From: an uncultured Spirochaetota bacterium
GTDB taxonomy: Bacteria > Spirochaetota > Spirochaetia > SZUA-6 > Fen-1364
DNA length: 64,000 nucleotides
Reading direction: 5' to 3'
Assembly (NCBI GenBank): GCA_963734545.1
Contig: CAVTHO010000007.1
Coordinates: forward strand, 672,001 to 736,000
Under the pieces are notes generated by a model. The model was not told where the DNA came from. It worked only from the letters and a program-made list of their open reading frames with translations, and made no database searches. Each line of letters starts with the position of its first letter. Position 1 is the stretch's first letter. Shown in pieces: positions 1 through 10,070 of the stretch. A program made the position numbers and the translations under genes.

Positions 1-573
1 CACGTCATATTTGACGCCCATGGCGGCGAACACCATGACGAACGGCTCATCCGACGTAAGGATTCTTGCCTGCCGGATGATCTGGGCGGCAAGCCTGTTG
101 TGCGGAAGGCCATTGCCGGAAAAGATGGGCAGCTTCTGACCCCGAATGAGGGTATTCATCCCGTCGATGCAGGAGATTCCGGTCTGAATGAAGTCCTTGG
201 GGTACGTGCGGGCATCGGGATTGATCGGCACTCCGTTCACGTCGAGCAGGAGGGAGCTGAAGGCCGCCGGGTAGCCGTCGATGGGCTTGCCGAGGCCGTC
301 GAAGATCCGCCCGAGCATGTCACGTGAGACACGCATTTCCATGGGCCGTCCGCTGAACTCGACCGAGGAGGTGTCCGTCGAGAGGCCCGTGTTGGTGCCG
401 AAGATCTGCACGGCGACAGCGTTTTCGGAGATCTCGATGATCCGTCCCGTGCGCTCGGCCCTGCTTCGATCGTATACCCTGACCAGCTCGCCCAGACCGA
501 CGTTCTCCGTTCGCGCAAGGATGATGATGGGGCCGTCCACTTTTGTCAGACCGCGGTGTTCCAGCCCTTTCAT
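1..573 (-). CDS. atpB: V/A-type ATP synthase subunit B (5' part; runs off window start)
   Basis: Manual translation from ATG at 573: [19 protein letters not shown]...[10 protein letters not shown]...[41 protein letters not shown]; ATGA overlap with the subunit A stop. Confidence 0.95.
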   Translation of the reverse strand, partial: MKGLEHRGLTKVDGPIIILARTENVGLGELVRVYDRSRAERTGRIIEISENAVAVQIFGTNTGLSTDTSSVEFSGRPMEMRVSRDMLGRIFDGLGKPIDGYPAAFSSLLLDVNGVPINPDARTYPKDFIQTGISCIDGMNTLIRGQKLPIFSGNGLPHNRLAAQIIRQARILTSDEPFVMVFAAMGVKYDV

Positions 574-2324
574 TTCCTGTAGCTCCTCTCCAGATCGTCC
601 ATCTCCGCCGTCATGAGAGATTCAATGTCCGTAAGCTTCGCAAGGTCGTCGTTCCTGATCGTCGACTTGGCCCGCACGATGCGTTCCTGGCAGGAGAGCT
701 CCCTGATCTTCAGAAGCGGCGCGCCGAGGTTGATGAGGGCCAGAGCGCGGAAATAGAAATCCATGATGAGCTTCAGGGTCCTCACCTGCTTGTCGGGCAC
801 ACAGAACATGTCGATCTCATCATACGCGTTCTGCTGGAGGAACCCGTTCTTGATCATCTCCGCCGCAAGGAGCACGAGTCTCTGGTTGTCGGGAAGGGCG
901 TCGGGGCCGATCAGCTTGACGATCTGGCTGAGCCTCTGCTCCCGCTTCAGAAGCTCGATGGCCTTTTCCCTGGCCGCGCTCCAATCCGGGTTGACCTTTT
1001 CCCACCACGGCCTGATCTCCTCCGCGTACTCACTGTAGGAATCAATCCAGGAGATCGCGGGATAGTGGCGCGCATTTGCCAGGTCCCTGTCCAGCGCCCA
1101 GAAGCAGCGGATGAACCGCTTTGTGTGCTGCGTGACCGGTTCGGAGAAGTCTCCGCCGGGCGGCGACACGGCTCCGATCACCGAAATCGATCCGAGCCGG
1201 CCTCCCAGGGCCTTCACTTTGCCCGCCCTCTCGTAGAATTCGGCAAGCCGGGTGGGCAGATACGCCGGGAAGCCTTCATCCGCCGGCATCTCCTCCAGGC
1301 GGCCCGAGAGCTCGCGCAGAGCCTCTGCCCAGCGTGAGGTCGAATCCGCCATTATTGCCACGTCGTACCCCATGTCGCGGTAGTACTCGGCCAGCGTGAC
1401 ACCGGTGTAGATCGAAACCTCCCGGGCCGCAACCGGCATGTTGGAAGTATTGGCAATGAGGATCGTCCGCTCCATGAGGGATTTGCCGGTACGCGGATCC
1501 TGGATCTTGGGGAACTCCGTGAGAACGTCGGTCATCTCGTTCCCGCGCTCGCCGCAGCCGATATAGACGATGATGTCGGCGTCGCACCATTTGGCAAGCG
1601 CGTGCTGCGTCATGGTTTTTCCGGTGCCGAACCCGCCGGGGATCGCAGCAGTCCCGCCGCGTGAGATGGGAAAAAACACATCGATGACGCGCTGTCCGGT
1701 GACCAGCGGCTCATCCATCCCCATCTTCTCGATGTAGGGGCGCGGCTTCCGTACCGGCCAGTACTGGGACATCGTCATTTCCCGGCCGCCTGGGAACTTC
1801 GCGACCACCTCGCCGAGCGTGTACTCTCCCTCCGCGGCGATCCATTCGACTCGGGACTCCTTCATTTCGGGGGAGGCGATGATCTTGTGCAGTATCGTCG
1901 CGGATTCCTGTACCTCCCCCACGATAAGTCCTGGGGCGGCCGTGTCGCCGCGGCTGCAGCGCGGCACGAAGCGCCATTTCCTCTCCATGGGCAGGGGCTC
2001 GATCTTGATCCCGGGAGTGATGAATCCACCAGACGTTTTCTTGATCTCCTCGAGGGGACGCTGGATCCCGTCATAGATCTGTCCGAGAAGCCCGGGCCCC
2101 AGGTGAACAGAGAGCGGCCGTTCCAGAGAATACGCGCTTTCCCCTATGCGCATTCCCGTGTTGTCCTCGTAGATCTGGATCGTGGCCTTGTCCCCTTCCA
2201 GGCGGATGATCTCGCCGATCAGCCGTTTCTCCCCGATCTCCACCACGTCATACAGTCCGCTGCCGCCCAGACCGGTGGCCTTGAGGATCGGGCCATTTAT
2301 CTGGATTACTCTGCCTTCGATCAT
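570..2324 (-). CDS. atpA: V/A-type ATP synthase subunit A
   Basis: 584 aa; P-loop [43 protein letters not shown]. Confidence 0.97.
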   Translation of the reverse strand: MIEGRVIQINGPILKATGLGGSGLYDVVEIGEKRLIGEIIRLEGDKATIQIYEDNTGMRIGESAYSLERPLSVHLGPGLLGQIYDGIQRPLEEIKKTSGGFITPGIKIEPLPMERKWRFVPRCSRGDTAAPGLIVGEVQESATILHKIIASPEMKESRVEWIAAEGEYTLGEVVAKFPGGREMTMSQYWPVRKPRPYIEKMGMDEPLVTGQRVIDVFFPISRGGTAAIPGGFGTGKTMTQHALAKWCDADIIVYIGCGERGNEMTDVLTEFPKIQDPRTGKSLMERTILIANTSNMPVAAREVSIYTGVTLAEYYRDMGYDVAIMADSTSRWAEALRELSGRLEEMPADEGFPAYLPTRLAEFYERAGKVKALGGRLGSISVIGAVSPPGGDFSEPVTQHTKRFIRCFWALDRDLANARHYPAISWIDSYSEYAEEIRPWWEKVNPDWSAAREKAIELLKREQRLSQIVKLIGPDALPDNQRLVLLAAEMIKNGFLQQNAYDEIDMFCVPDKQVRTLKLIMDFYFRALALINLGAPLLKIRELSCQERIVRAKSTIRNDDLAKLTDIESLMTAEMDDLERSYRK

Positions 2325-2965
2325 CTCTGCACGTCTCGGCGCGGTACTTCGCGCATTTCTTTTCCAAACAACGCGATCATGAGCTCTTCGCGACGCTCCT
2401 CGAGGAGGAGTCCCGTCAATTCATTCATCGTTCCCCGGTACCGTCTGCTGCCGTCAATCGTCTCCAGGATGATCCCCTTTCCCGCCAGCGCGGCCGCTTC
2501 TTCGGGAAGCTGCCTGACATCTTCCACGATCGCGCTCGGGATGCAGTCCTGGACGATCCGCCGCGCCTCGTCGGCGCCCATCCCGGTGAAGGAGACCGCC
2601 ACCCGCGCACCCTTGAATGAGTCCGACGCGCGCCTGAGCATCTGTCCGACGATCCGATTCAGCTCGAGGCTCGAGAGTCCTTCACATACATCCCGGAGCG
2701 CCCCCGCGACCGCCTCCTGAATGAATACAAGCCTCGTCCGCAGATATTCCAGGGGGAGCGAGGATGCAAGCTCCTGGCGCAGGGCGCCGAGACGGGCGTC
2801 ACGCGCGGCATCGAGCCGGTCGGTCTCCTCCTGGAAGCTGCGCTGCCACTCCGCGCGCAGCGCGCTGCACTCTTTGTCCGCTGTCTCCAGAAGCCGCCGC
2901 GCTTTGTTCCGTGTATCCTCGAGGATCTGGGATTCCATTGCATCGCTTGTTCTAAGGATTTCCAT
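2321..2965 (-). CDS. atpE: V/A-type ATP synthase subunit E
   Basis: N-terminal coiled coil, C-terminal GKGIILE motif, position just upstream of subunit A; start taken at MEIL. Confidence 0.8.
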   Translation of the reverse strand: MEILRTSDAMESQILEDTRNKARRLLETADKECSALRAEWQRSFQEETDRLDAARDARLGALRQELASSLPLEYLRTRLVFIQEAVAGALRDVCEGLSSLELNRIVGQMLRRASDSFKGARVAVSFTGMGADEARRIVQDCIPSAIVEDVRQLPEEAAALAGKGIILETIDGSRRYRGTMNELTGLLLEERREELMIALFGKEMREVPRRDVQR

Positions 2966-2992
2966 TACCGTTCCCTTCGGCATCCGGTCGTC

Positions 2993-3298
2993 TCATACAT
3001 GGAGCCCGACGGCTTCGCGGATTGCGTCGATCAGGCCGGCGCGGCCGGCCACATGTCCCGCGATGCCGGGTATTTCCACCAGAAGCGGGTAGACGCCGCT
3101 CATTTGCCAGTCCATCACTTCGCGGGGAATCATGGCAGATACCTGCTCAGAGAGGATCAGTACCCTGACCTCGGGGGACGTCGTGGCAGCCCGAAACGCT
3201 GCGCGCGCTTCATCAGCTGTCTCCACGACGGTTCCCGGAACTCCGACGAAGCGGAATCCGATCACGAGCTCTTCCCCGCCTATGATATGGAACGCCAC
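2993..3298 (-). CDS. atpF: V/A-type ATP synthase subunit F
   Basis: IIGGEELVIGFRFVGV...PLLVEIP...IREAVG; GTG start at 3298. Confidence 0.9.
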   Translation of the reverse strand: MAFHIIGGEELVIGFRFVGVPGTVVETADEARAAFRAATTSPEVRVLILSEQVSAMIPREVMDWQMSGVYPLLVEIPGIAGHVAGRAGLIDAIREAVGLHV

Positions 3299-3418
3299 GC
3301 GACGAACTCCCCTAGACCGCACCGCCCGTAGGGCGGTATACGGGGGTACCCGTTCGGCGCGAACGCCGTCCACGCGCCGGGCGCGACCGTCTTTTGCTTG
3401 TCATCGCCCTGCACGCTC

Positions 3419-3724
3419 CTAGGCGGAAAGGATCATCAGCGCGACAATGAACCCCCAGAGGCATATTCCTTCCGCCAATCCGACAAAAGGCAGGGCCTTT
3501 CCCGAGAGATCCGGGTTCTCGCTCATCGCGGCCATGGCCGCGGCGCCGATCTGTCCCACTGCGATGCCGCCTCCAAGCGTTGCCAGCCCGACGGCAACCG
3601 CGGCAGCGATGTATTTGACGACCGGCGCGGGCGCCGCGCCCGGCGCGGCCTCGGCCTGCGCAAACGCCGCTGGCGCGGCACACATCACCAGCAGCGCAAA
3701 GAAGACAATGACTCTTTTCTTCAC
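3419..3724 (-). CDS. atpK: V/A-type ATP synthase proteolipid subunit K/c (signal peptide plus one hairpin)
   Basis: GLATLGGGIAVGQIGAAAM...SENP...FVGLAEGICLWG with the conserved Glu. Confidence 0.92.
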   Translation of the reverse strand: MKKRVIVFFALLVMCAAPAAFAQAEAAPGAAPAPVVKYIAAAVAVGLATLGGGIAVGQIGAAAMAAMSENPDLSGKALPFVGLAEGICLWGFIVALMILSA

Positions 3725-5718
3725 CTCAAACCTCCCGACGTGCGCAGAATAAAAGGCGTGAACTCCTCTCCCGTTTCGTTGAAGAACTTGGAGAAGAACT
3801 CGTAGTATTGAAGCCTGACGATCTGGATCGTCACGATAAGGCCCTCGAGAACGATGATGATGGCGTTCCCGATCAGTATGACAAGTATCTGAAAAACGAT
3901 TCCTGCCGGGGCGCCGCCCACCATGTCCGCCAGAAGGAACACGATGGAGCTGAGCACCGTGTGCGCGAGCCCGAAGGCGGCGACACGGAGAAAGGACACC
4001 GAGTTCGAGACGTAGTAGATCGTCGACTCGAGAATCTCGACGATGCCTTCCATGATGAAACTGAAGAGTCCGTCCTTCAGCACCGGCCGGTGCCCCTCCG
4101 CCAGGCGCACGAGGGGCTCACGGAAAAACAGCGCAAGAAGCGGGAGTGCGACTAGGATCGCGTCAACACCCGAGGCGTGCCCGCCGAGAAGGATCCGCAC
4201 CGCGACAAAGAGCACGTACCAGAAAAAAAGCGCCCCGGCCAGTCCTGTCTTGGAGAGAAACGCCTTTTCCCAGTTTCGGCGGGCCACATGGTTGACGATG
4301 TTGATGGCGAGACCAACCGAATTGATCACCGCACCAATGCCGACAGTCACGCCGAAAAACAGGATGATCTTCTGGAAACCTGCAAGAGAGAGAATGTGGT
4401 CCTGCGGGCGGCCGATGAGCAGCCGCGTCACCATCCGCGTTGCCGGTATGAGCACCTCCTCGTTTGCGAAAAACGATCCATACAGGAAGCCGGCCGCCAT
4501 GGAGGCAATACCGGCCAGGATGAACAGGGTGCCGAAATTCTTTCTGCGGTAAGCCTCGAATGACCGCACCCTCGCCGAATTGATGAGGACGCCGAGCGCG
4601 AGGCCTATGAATCCCTGCCCGACATCACCGAACATGATGCCGAAGAGCAGGACGAACATGACGGCGACAAATGGCGTGGGGTCGACTGTGCCGTACGGTG
4701 GTATGCTGTACGAGAAGACCATCCGCTCGAAAGCGCGAACGATCCTGCCGTGAGGGGTGGAGACAGGCACCCGTGTCTTTCCGGCCTTCACATCGGGAAG
4801 CTCTTCCGGGTCGAACGTGCGGAGGGCGATCGTGCCCCCCGTGAGCGACTCGATTCCCGCTGTGACTTCCGTGAGTCGGCCCCGTGGAATCCACCCGCTC
4901 ACCTTCTGCACGCTGCCCGTTGATGCGAAGCCCTGCTTGACCGCGTCAATCGAGACGTCAATCACGAGATTTGCCAGAAGAAGCCTTATTTCCTCCGACC
5001 ATCTGTCGCGGGCGCGCAGCTTCGATTCCTGGAGCTCCCGCAGTGACTCGTCCACCGAAGCCAGGTCGGCGCGTACCGCTGACAGCATGTCTGAGGGGAT
5101 TCCCTTCGTGCCCTCGGGAAACCTCTTCTCCTGGAAGCCGAGCTTCTTCAGCTCCGAATCCAGGGCCCAGCGGTATTTCTTCGGGCCAACGGCGAGAAAC
5201 TGGCCGGGAAGGTTCAATTTCAGCACGATTGCCCTTTTTTCGAGCCGGCGTCCGAGGACTTCGAGCTTCTCCGGCTCTACGACGCCCATGCGGTATGTAA
5301 GGTGGGTGAGCTGATCGATGTCGCCGAATGACACCTTCAGGTCCGAAAATGCGGAGAGCTCCTCAAGGGTCCGATTCAGGCTCAGCCGGCGCTCCAGCAG
5401 CTGGCGTTCCTGTTCCACGAGTCCCTTCAGATCATCAAGGAGCTTCAACGCGCGCTCCCGCAGCAATGGGCGCTCCGGCGCCGTGATCTGCGCAGTCCCT
5501 TCATCCCCCTCCGGCACTCCGAGGAAATGGGCGAGAGACTCGACCTTGACCTGGAGCTCGGCGACTTCACGCTCGTCCCGGGACAGCTCCCGCTGCTCAC
5601 CCATTTCGGAGATGAGCTGCACGCAGCCGGCATTTCCCAGGTAGCGCAAGACTGCGTCCACGTCGCTCTTCAGGACGAGGAGCTCCATCTTTTTCATTCT
5701 TTCCGTGAAAAGCATCAC
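3721..5718 (-). CDS. atpI: V/A-type ATP synthase subunit I (a)
   Basis: 665 aa; PYGTVDPT, FGIMFGDVGQG, SNSVSFLRVAAFGLAH, RLQYYEFFSKF. Confidence 0.95.
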   Translation of the reverse strand: MMLFTERMKKMELLVLKSDVDAVLRYLGNAGCVQLISEMGEQRELSRDEREVAELQVKVESLAHFLGVPEGDEGTAQITAPERPLLRERALKLLDDLKGLVEQERQLLERRLSLNRTLEELSAFSDLKVSFGDIDQLTHLTYRMGVVEPEKLEVLGRRLEKRAIVLKLNLPGQFLAVGPKKYRWALDSELKKLGFQEKRFPEGTKGIPSDMLSAVRADLASVDESLRELQESKLRARDRWSEEIRLLLANLVIDVSIDAVKQGFASTGSVQKVSGWIPRGRLTEVTAGIESLTGGTIALRTFDPEELPDVKAGKTRVPVSTPHGRIVRAFERMVFSYSIPPYGTVDPTPFVAVMFVLLFGIMFGDVGQGFIGLALGVLINSARVRSFEAYRRKNFGTLFILAGIASMAAGFLYGSFFANEEVLIPATRMVTRLLIGRPQDHILSLAGFQKIILFFGVTVGIGAVINSVGLAINIVNHVARRNWEKAFLSKTGLAGALFFWYVLFVAVRILLGGHASGVDAILVALPLLALFFREPLVRLAEGHRPVLKDGLFSFIMEGIVEILESTIYYVSNSVSFLRVAAFGLAHTVLSSIVFLLADMVGGAPAGIVFQILVILIGNAIIIVLEGLIVTIQIVRLQYYEFFSKFFNETGEEFTPFILRTSGGLR

Positions 5719-6710
5719 CGCGTCCCGACGAGGCCGAATATCTCCTGCTCGGACATCGAAAGCCAGATGGCCTCCGCGGCGGTCTTCAGAAGGGTCGTCT
5801 CGTATTCCTTCAATTTGAAAAAGGCAAAAAGCGGAGTCAGCGTGAACGGGTTCTGGTGAAAGAGCTGATGCGCCCTCGTGTACATCCGCAGGTCTGCGTG
5901 CCGCGCTGCGCGAATGGGGTCCGGCGCCTGAAAGGATTCACCGAACTGGTCCTCGATGAGCCAGGCGAACCTCCATTTGCGCCATTCCTCGATTGAATCA
6001 GGCGGGATCTCGAAGGCCCTGCCGACCGCCCTGCGCGGGGTGTCCACAAGGCCGGGAATCATGAGGGGGCGGGCATTCTCCCAGCTGAAGCCGAAGAAGA
6101 ATCGCAGCCGGAGAGCCCAGACCACGTTGGCGAGCGCGATCTCCCGCTGTACAAAACGGAGGATGCCCGTTCGGTCCACCGCGGGGAGCGCCCGCGCGAG
6201 CGCGAGCAGCCGGGAGTAGTACTCCGTATCCAGCATGTTTTCGACCAGCGCCAGGGGCTTTGTACGCGCATGGGGCAGGACCCAGGCATAGGGGCTGGCC
6301 CTGAGGGCCTTTTCGTAGTCTTCCGCAGCGTCGAGTCTTATTGCCGCGTAGGGCCCGAGATCCCAGATTCGCACGGATTCGGTCTTGCCATGTCCCATTC
6401 CGCGGATGAGGGTCTTCACGCTCTGGTATTCGAGCCTTCGGAGCAGGTGGACCAGGATTTCAACCGGTTTTCCCAGGGTCTCCAGGACATACGTCATCGA
6501 GTCGACGCCGGCCCTGACGATACGCGTTTCCAGCTCCCGTGCAAGCGCGCGAGGCAGAGCCTCCGGGCGCTCTCCCGGGAAGAGAAGGTCGTACAGGTCC
6601 GCTACCTTTTTCACCCTCAACAGGTCGCGGTAATTTCTGCCGACGTAGGACCGGGCAAGGATGCCGTAGAGCTTCGCGAGTATGAACGCGTAGCGGGACG
6701 TGCGGATCAC
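5715..6710 (-). CDS. atpC: V/A-type ATP synthase subunit C (d)
   Basis: 331 aa; YAFILAKLYG N-terminus, EIALANV, LKEYE; operon position. Confidence 0.8.
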   Translation of the reverse strand: MIRTSRYAFILAKLYGILARSYVGRNYRDLLRVKKVADLYDLLFPGERPEALPRALARELETRIVRAGVDSMTYVLETLGKPVEILVHLLRRLEYQSVKTLIRGMGHGKTESVRIWDLGPYAAIRLDAAEDYEKALRASPYAWVLPHARTKPLALVENMLDTEYYSRLLALARALPAVDRTGILRFVQREIALANVVWALRLRFFFGFSWENARPLMIPGLVDTPRRAVGRAFEIPPDSIEEWRKWRFAWLIEDQFGESFQAPDPIRAARHADLRMYTRAHQLFHQNPFTLTPLFAFFKLKEYETTLLKTAAEAIWLSMSEQEIFGLVGTR

Positions 6711-7012
6711 GCGCCGCCCTTTTCGATAAATGAAATCGCGGCGCGCGCGAATGCCTCGCGGTTCTTCGGCATACCGGCAAGCTCTTCCTTGTATGCCCGG
6801 ATCAATGCCTCCCGTTCGGCCGCAATGCGCTCCTTCTCCGCGGCGACAGCGGCATCCCCTTCAAGCGTTTTTTCCCTCAGAAGCTCCGCATGCTTCTTCT
6901 GCGCCTCCGCGCGCGCTTCAACCTTGCGCCGGTTGGCCTCGGCCTCCGCTTCCGTGAGCAGGCGCGCCGCGTTCTTTTCCACGGCGAGGAGTTTTTCCAG
7001 CATGTCGGACAT
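6707..7012 (-). CDS. V/A-type ATP synthase peripheral stalk subunit G/H
   Basis: 101 aa Ala/Glu-rich coiled coil at the head of the operon, translationally coupled. Confidence 0.7.
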   Translation of the reverse strand: MSDMLEKLLAVEKNAARLLTEAEAEANRRKVEARAEAQKKHAELLREKTLEGDAAVAAEKERIAAEREALIRAYKEELAGMPKNREAFARAAISFIEKGGA

Positions 7013-7024
7013 GATGATTCCTGT

Positions 7025-7507
7025 TCAGACTCCCTGCGAGTCCAGGACTTCCTCGTAGGCGCGGATGATCCTGTTCACCTTCTCAGGATCGACGGCCGCG
7101 AGGGCGTCCTTGTAGAAATCCGGATTCTCGACGAGCAGCGCGATCTTCTTCAATACGGCAAGGTGGGTTCCCGCGTCCTCCTCGGAGCTCACCAGCAGGA
7201 AAAGCATGTGCACCGGTTCGCCGTCCAGTGATTCGTAGTCTATGCCCTTGCCGGAGATTCCCAGGACGCCGATCACTCCCTTTGTGAAATCGGTCTTTGC
7301 GTGGGGGATGGCGATCCCCTTCTTGATGCCGGTCGACATCTTCTCTTCCCGCCGCAGGATCGCGGCAAGTATCTCGTCCCGGCAGTCCAGCCCGTATTGG
7401 GTGACGAGGAGATCCACCAGCTCCTCGAAAACCTCCGACTTGTCTTCCGCTTCGAGGCGGCACTTGATCCTGCCGGGCACAAAAAGCTCTTGGAGCAGGA
7501 GCGCCAC
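7025..7507 (-). CDS. Stand-alone PTS IIA domain protein (fructose/mannitol/Ntr family)
   Basis: REEKMSTGIKKGIAIPHA phospho-His motif; GGAGG RBS before GTG at 7507. Confidence 0.9.
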   Translation of the reverse strand: MALLLQELFVPGRIKCRLEAEDKSEVFEELVDLLVTQYGLDCRDEILAAILRREEKMSTGIKKGIAIPHAKTDFTKGVIGVLGISGKGIDYESLDGEPVHMLFLLVSSEEDAGTHLAVLKKIALLVENPDFYKDALAAVDPEKVNRIIRAYEEVLDSQGV

Positions 7508-7508
7508 C

Positions 7509-7958
7509 CTATTGACCTCCCTGTCCGGACGGCGGTGCCTTTGCGCCGGCGGGCGCGGTGCCGACCGAGCCGGGCCCGAATCCCCGGCAGGGGCGGTCAC
7601 TCCGCCAGGAGCGGAAGGAGTCGTGCCGCCAGGAGCGGACCGGTGTGGTCTGCACCCACCAGCTCTGCTGCTCCGTGGTCCCGAGGGCCTGCTGCCGTGC
7701 CCTGCCGATCACGTTCCCCGGCGCGGGCGTCCTGTTTATCCAGGCAACGCCAAAGCAGCACACCAGGAAAATGGTGGCGAGCACGGCGGTAAACCGCGTC
7801 AAGACGTTGCCCGAGCGTGATCCGAACGCGGTATTGCTGCCGCCGCCGAAAATGCCGCCGATGCCTTCACCCTGATCGTCCTGTACGAGCACGACGAGCA
7901 CCAGGAGAATGGCGCTGATGACGAGGATGATGAGGAGAATTATGCTGATAAGGCCCAT
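7509..7958 (-). CDS. secG: Preprotein translocase subunit SecG with Pro/Gly/Ala-rich C-terminal tail
   Basis: VLVQDDQGEGIGGIFGGG...FGSRSGNVLTRFT; tail probably contains compensating indels. Confidence 0.92.
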   Translation of the reverse strand: MGLISIILLIILVISAILLVLVVLVQDDQGEGIGGIFGGGSNTAFGSRSGNVLTRFTAVLATIFLVCCFGVAWINRTPAPGNVIGRARQQALGTTEQQSWWVQTTPVRSWRHDSFRSWRSDRPCRGFGPGSVGTAPAGAKAPPSGQGGQ

Positions 7959-7971
7959 TCAAAAAACCCCC

Positions 7972-8727
7972 TTAACGATCGTACTGCACTATGGGCAGGA
8001 AGGTCTCGAGCTTGAGGGAGGCACCGCCGACGAGAGCGCCGTCGATATTCTCCATTTTCATGAGCTCCCTGATATTATCGGGCTTGACGGAGCCGCCGTA
8101 CTGGATCGTCATGCCCTGCGCCGCCTCGGCGTTGTAGATGCCGGCCATGACTCGGCGGATGCATCTGTGCACCGCGTCCGCGTCCTGGGGAGTGGCGTTC
8201 TGCCCCGTGCCGATTGCCCACACCGGCTCGTAGGCGATGGTCACCCGGCCGAGGTCCTGCCCGGCCACCGAAGAAAGACCCACGCGGGTCTGGGCTTCCA
8301 CCACCTTCTCCGTCACACCCTTCTGCCTCTCCTCGAGGGTCTCCCCGACGCAGAGAATGACCTCGAAGCCCTCGGAGAGCGCCCGTATGACCTTGCGGTT
8401 CACGAGCTCGTCTGTTTCCCCGTAGACATGCCGGCGTTCGGAATGTCCCAGGATGACCACGGAAACACCCGCGTCGCGGAGCATGCGGAGGGAGATTTCC
8501 CCCGTATGTGCGCCCTCCAGCTCGGCGCAGGCATTTTGCGCGCCCAGGAGTATCCGCGATCCCCTGAGGGACTCCCTGACGGCATGCAATGCGGTGAACG
8601 GCGGGGCGATCATTACTTTCTTGCCCGTTTCCCCGGCCAGTGCGGCGGAGAGGGCCCCGGCCAGCGCGGTGGCCTCGCTCACCGTCTTGTACATTTTCCA
8701 GTTTCCGGCGATGAAGGGTTGTCTCAT
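7972..8727 (-). CDS. tpiA: Triosephosphate isomerase
   Basis: FIAGNWKM, GHSERR, AYEPVWAIGTG, LVGGASL. Confidence 0.98.
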   Translation of the reverse strand: MRQPFIAGNWKMYKTVSEATALAGALSAALAGETGKKVMIAPPFTALHAVRESLRGSRILLGAQNACAELEGAHTGEISLRMLRDAGVSVVILGHSERRHVYGETDELVNRKVIRALSEGFEVILCVGETLEERQKGVTEKVVEAQTRVGLSSVAGQDLGRVTIAYEPVWAIGTGQNATPQDADAVHRCIRRVMAGIYNAEAAQGMTIQYGGSVKPDNIRELMKMENIDGALVGGASLKLETFLPIVQYDR

Positions 8728-8737
8728 GGGTGTGCGC

Positions 8738-9919
8738 CTACTTGTCCTGGAGCGCGACCACGCCGGGAAGTTCTCTGCCTTCCAGAAGCTCGAGAGAAGC
8801 GCCTCCTCCCGTGGAAACATGGGTGATCCGGTCCGCAAGCCCGAACTGATTGACCGCGGCCACGGAATCGCCGCCGCCCACTACCGTGGTGCCCTTGCAG
8901 TCAGCGACAGCTTTCGCGATCTCCAGGGTCCCCTTGCTGAACTCCGGAAACTCGAACACGCCGACCGGCCCGTTCCACAGCACGGTCTTCGCCTTGAGAA
9001 TCCGCTCTCTGAAGAGCGCCGCTGATTTCGGGCCGATATCCATCGAGACCTTTCCTGCTGGAATATCCACGCCGTCCACCGGTTCCGCTTTCGCGGTTTC
9101 CGAAAACTCCGCGCCCACCCTGTGGTCAACGGGAAGAAGCACTTCGGCGCCGGAGCCCTTCGCTTTCTCGAGGAAGCTTTTTGCCGTTGCCAGCAGGTCT
9201 TCCTCGACGAGCGAATTGCCTACCGAGTGCCCCTGGACCTTGAGAAAAGTGTACGACATGCCGCCCCCGATGATCATCGTCGTGACACGGGGAAGCAGGG
9301 CCTCGAGAACGGCGATCTTCGTGGACACCTTTGCCCCGCCAATGATCGCAACGAACGGCTTGGCGGGATTTTCGAACACTCCCCCGAGGAACTTGATCTC
9401 TTTCTCCATGAGGAAGCCCGCCACGCCGGGGAGAATCTTCGCGACTCCCTCCGTGGAGGCGTGCGCACGGTGCGCCGTGCCGAAAGCGTCGTTGACGTAG
9501 ACGTCCCCCAGGCTCGCGAGCTTGCGCGCGAACTCCGGATCGTTCTTCTCTTCCTCGGGGTGGAAGCGCACGTTCTCCAGAAGAACCACGTCGCCGGGCT
9601 TCATGGCCCGCACCACCGCCTCTGTTTCCGCCCCTATGCAGTCGGGAGCGAGGGTGACTTTCTTGCCGAGCAGCTCGGAGAGTCGTTCGGCAACGGGAGC
9701 GAGGCTGTTTTCCTTGTCCGGCTTTTTCGGCCGGCCCAGGTGGCTCATGATGACGAGGGAAGCCCCCTTCTGGTCGAGGATGTAATTCAGCGTGGGAAGC
9801 GCCGCGGTGATCCGAGTGTCATCCGTGATCCTCCCTTCCTTGAGGGGGACATTGAAATCCACTCTGACAAGCACCCGTTTCTTCCTCAAGTCCACGTCGC
9901 GAACGGTCTTTTTGGCCAT
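8738..9919 (-). CDS. pgk: Phosphoglycerate kinase
   Basis: [42 protein letters not shown]; AAGGAG RBS. Confidence 0.98.
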   Translation of the reverse strand: MAKKTVRDVDLRKKRVLVRVDFNVPLKEGRITDDTRITAALPTLNYILDQKGASLVIMSHLGRPKKPDKENSLAPVAERLSELLGKKVTLAPDCIGAETEAVVRAMKPGDVVLLENVRFHPEEEKNDPEFARKLASLGDVYVNDAFGTAHRAHASTEGVAKILPGVAGFLMEKEIKFLGGVFENPAKPFVAIIGGAKVSTKIAVLEALLPRVTTMIIGGGMSYTFLKVQGHSVGNSLVEEDLLATAKSFLEKAKGSGAEVLLPVDHRVGAEFSETAKAEPVDGVDIPAGKVSMDIGPKSAALFRERILKAKTVLWNGPVGVFEFPEFSKGTLEIAKAVADCKGTTVVGGGDSVAAVNQFGLADRITHVSTGGGASLELLEGRELPGVVALQDK

Positions 9920-9979
9920 ACGCATGCTCCTTGCACTGTTGACTGCATTTCAGCGCGGGGATGGGTTGAGTTCCGAAAA

Positions 9980-10008
9980 AATATACGTGAAAGCCCCGGG
10001 AGTGTCAA
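9980..10008 (-). promoter_or_regulatory. sigma70-type promoter for pgk-tpiA-secG
   Basis: TTGACA-17 nt-TATATT on the minus strand. Confidence 0.7.
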
Positions 10009-10070
10009 CGGCAACCGGGTGCGGGCACGCGGGAGGCACAACCTGACACGGCGCCCGGACAGCCGCTCCC

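Noticed and set aside
7580-7645. Arg/Trp-rich SecG tail (RSWRHDSFRSWR) as a novel motif
   Set aside because: The alternative frame reads SAPGGTTPSAPGGVTAPAG, matching the low-complexity tail, so compensating indels are more likely.
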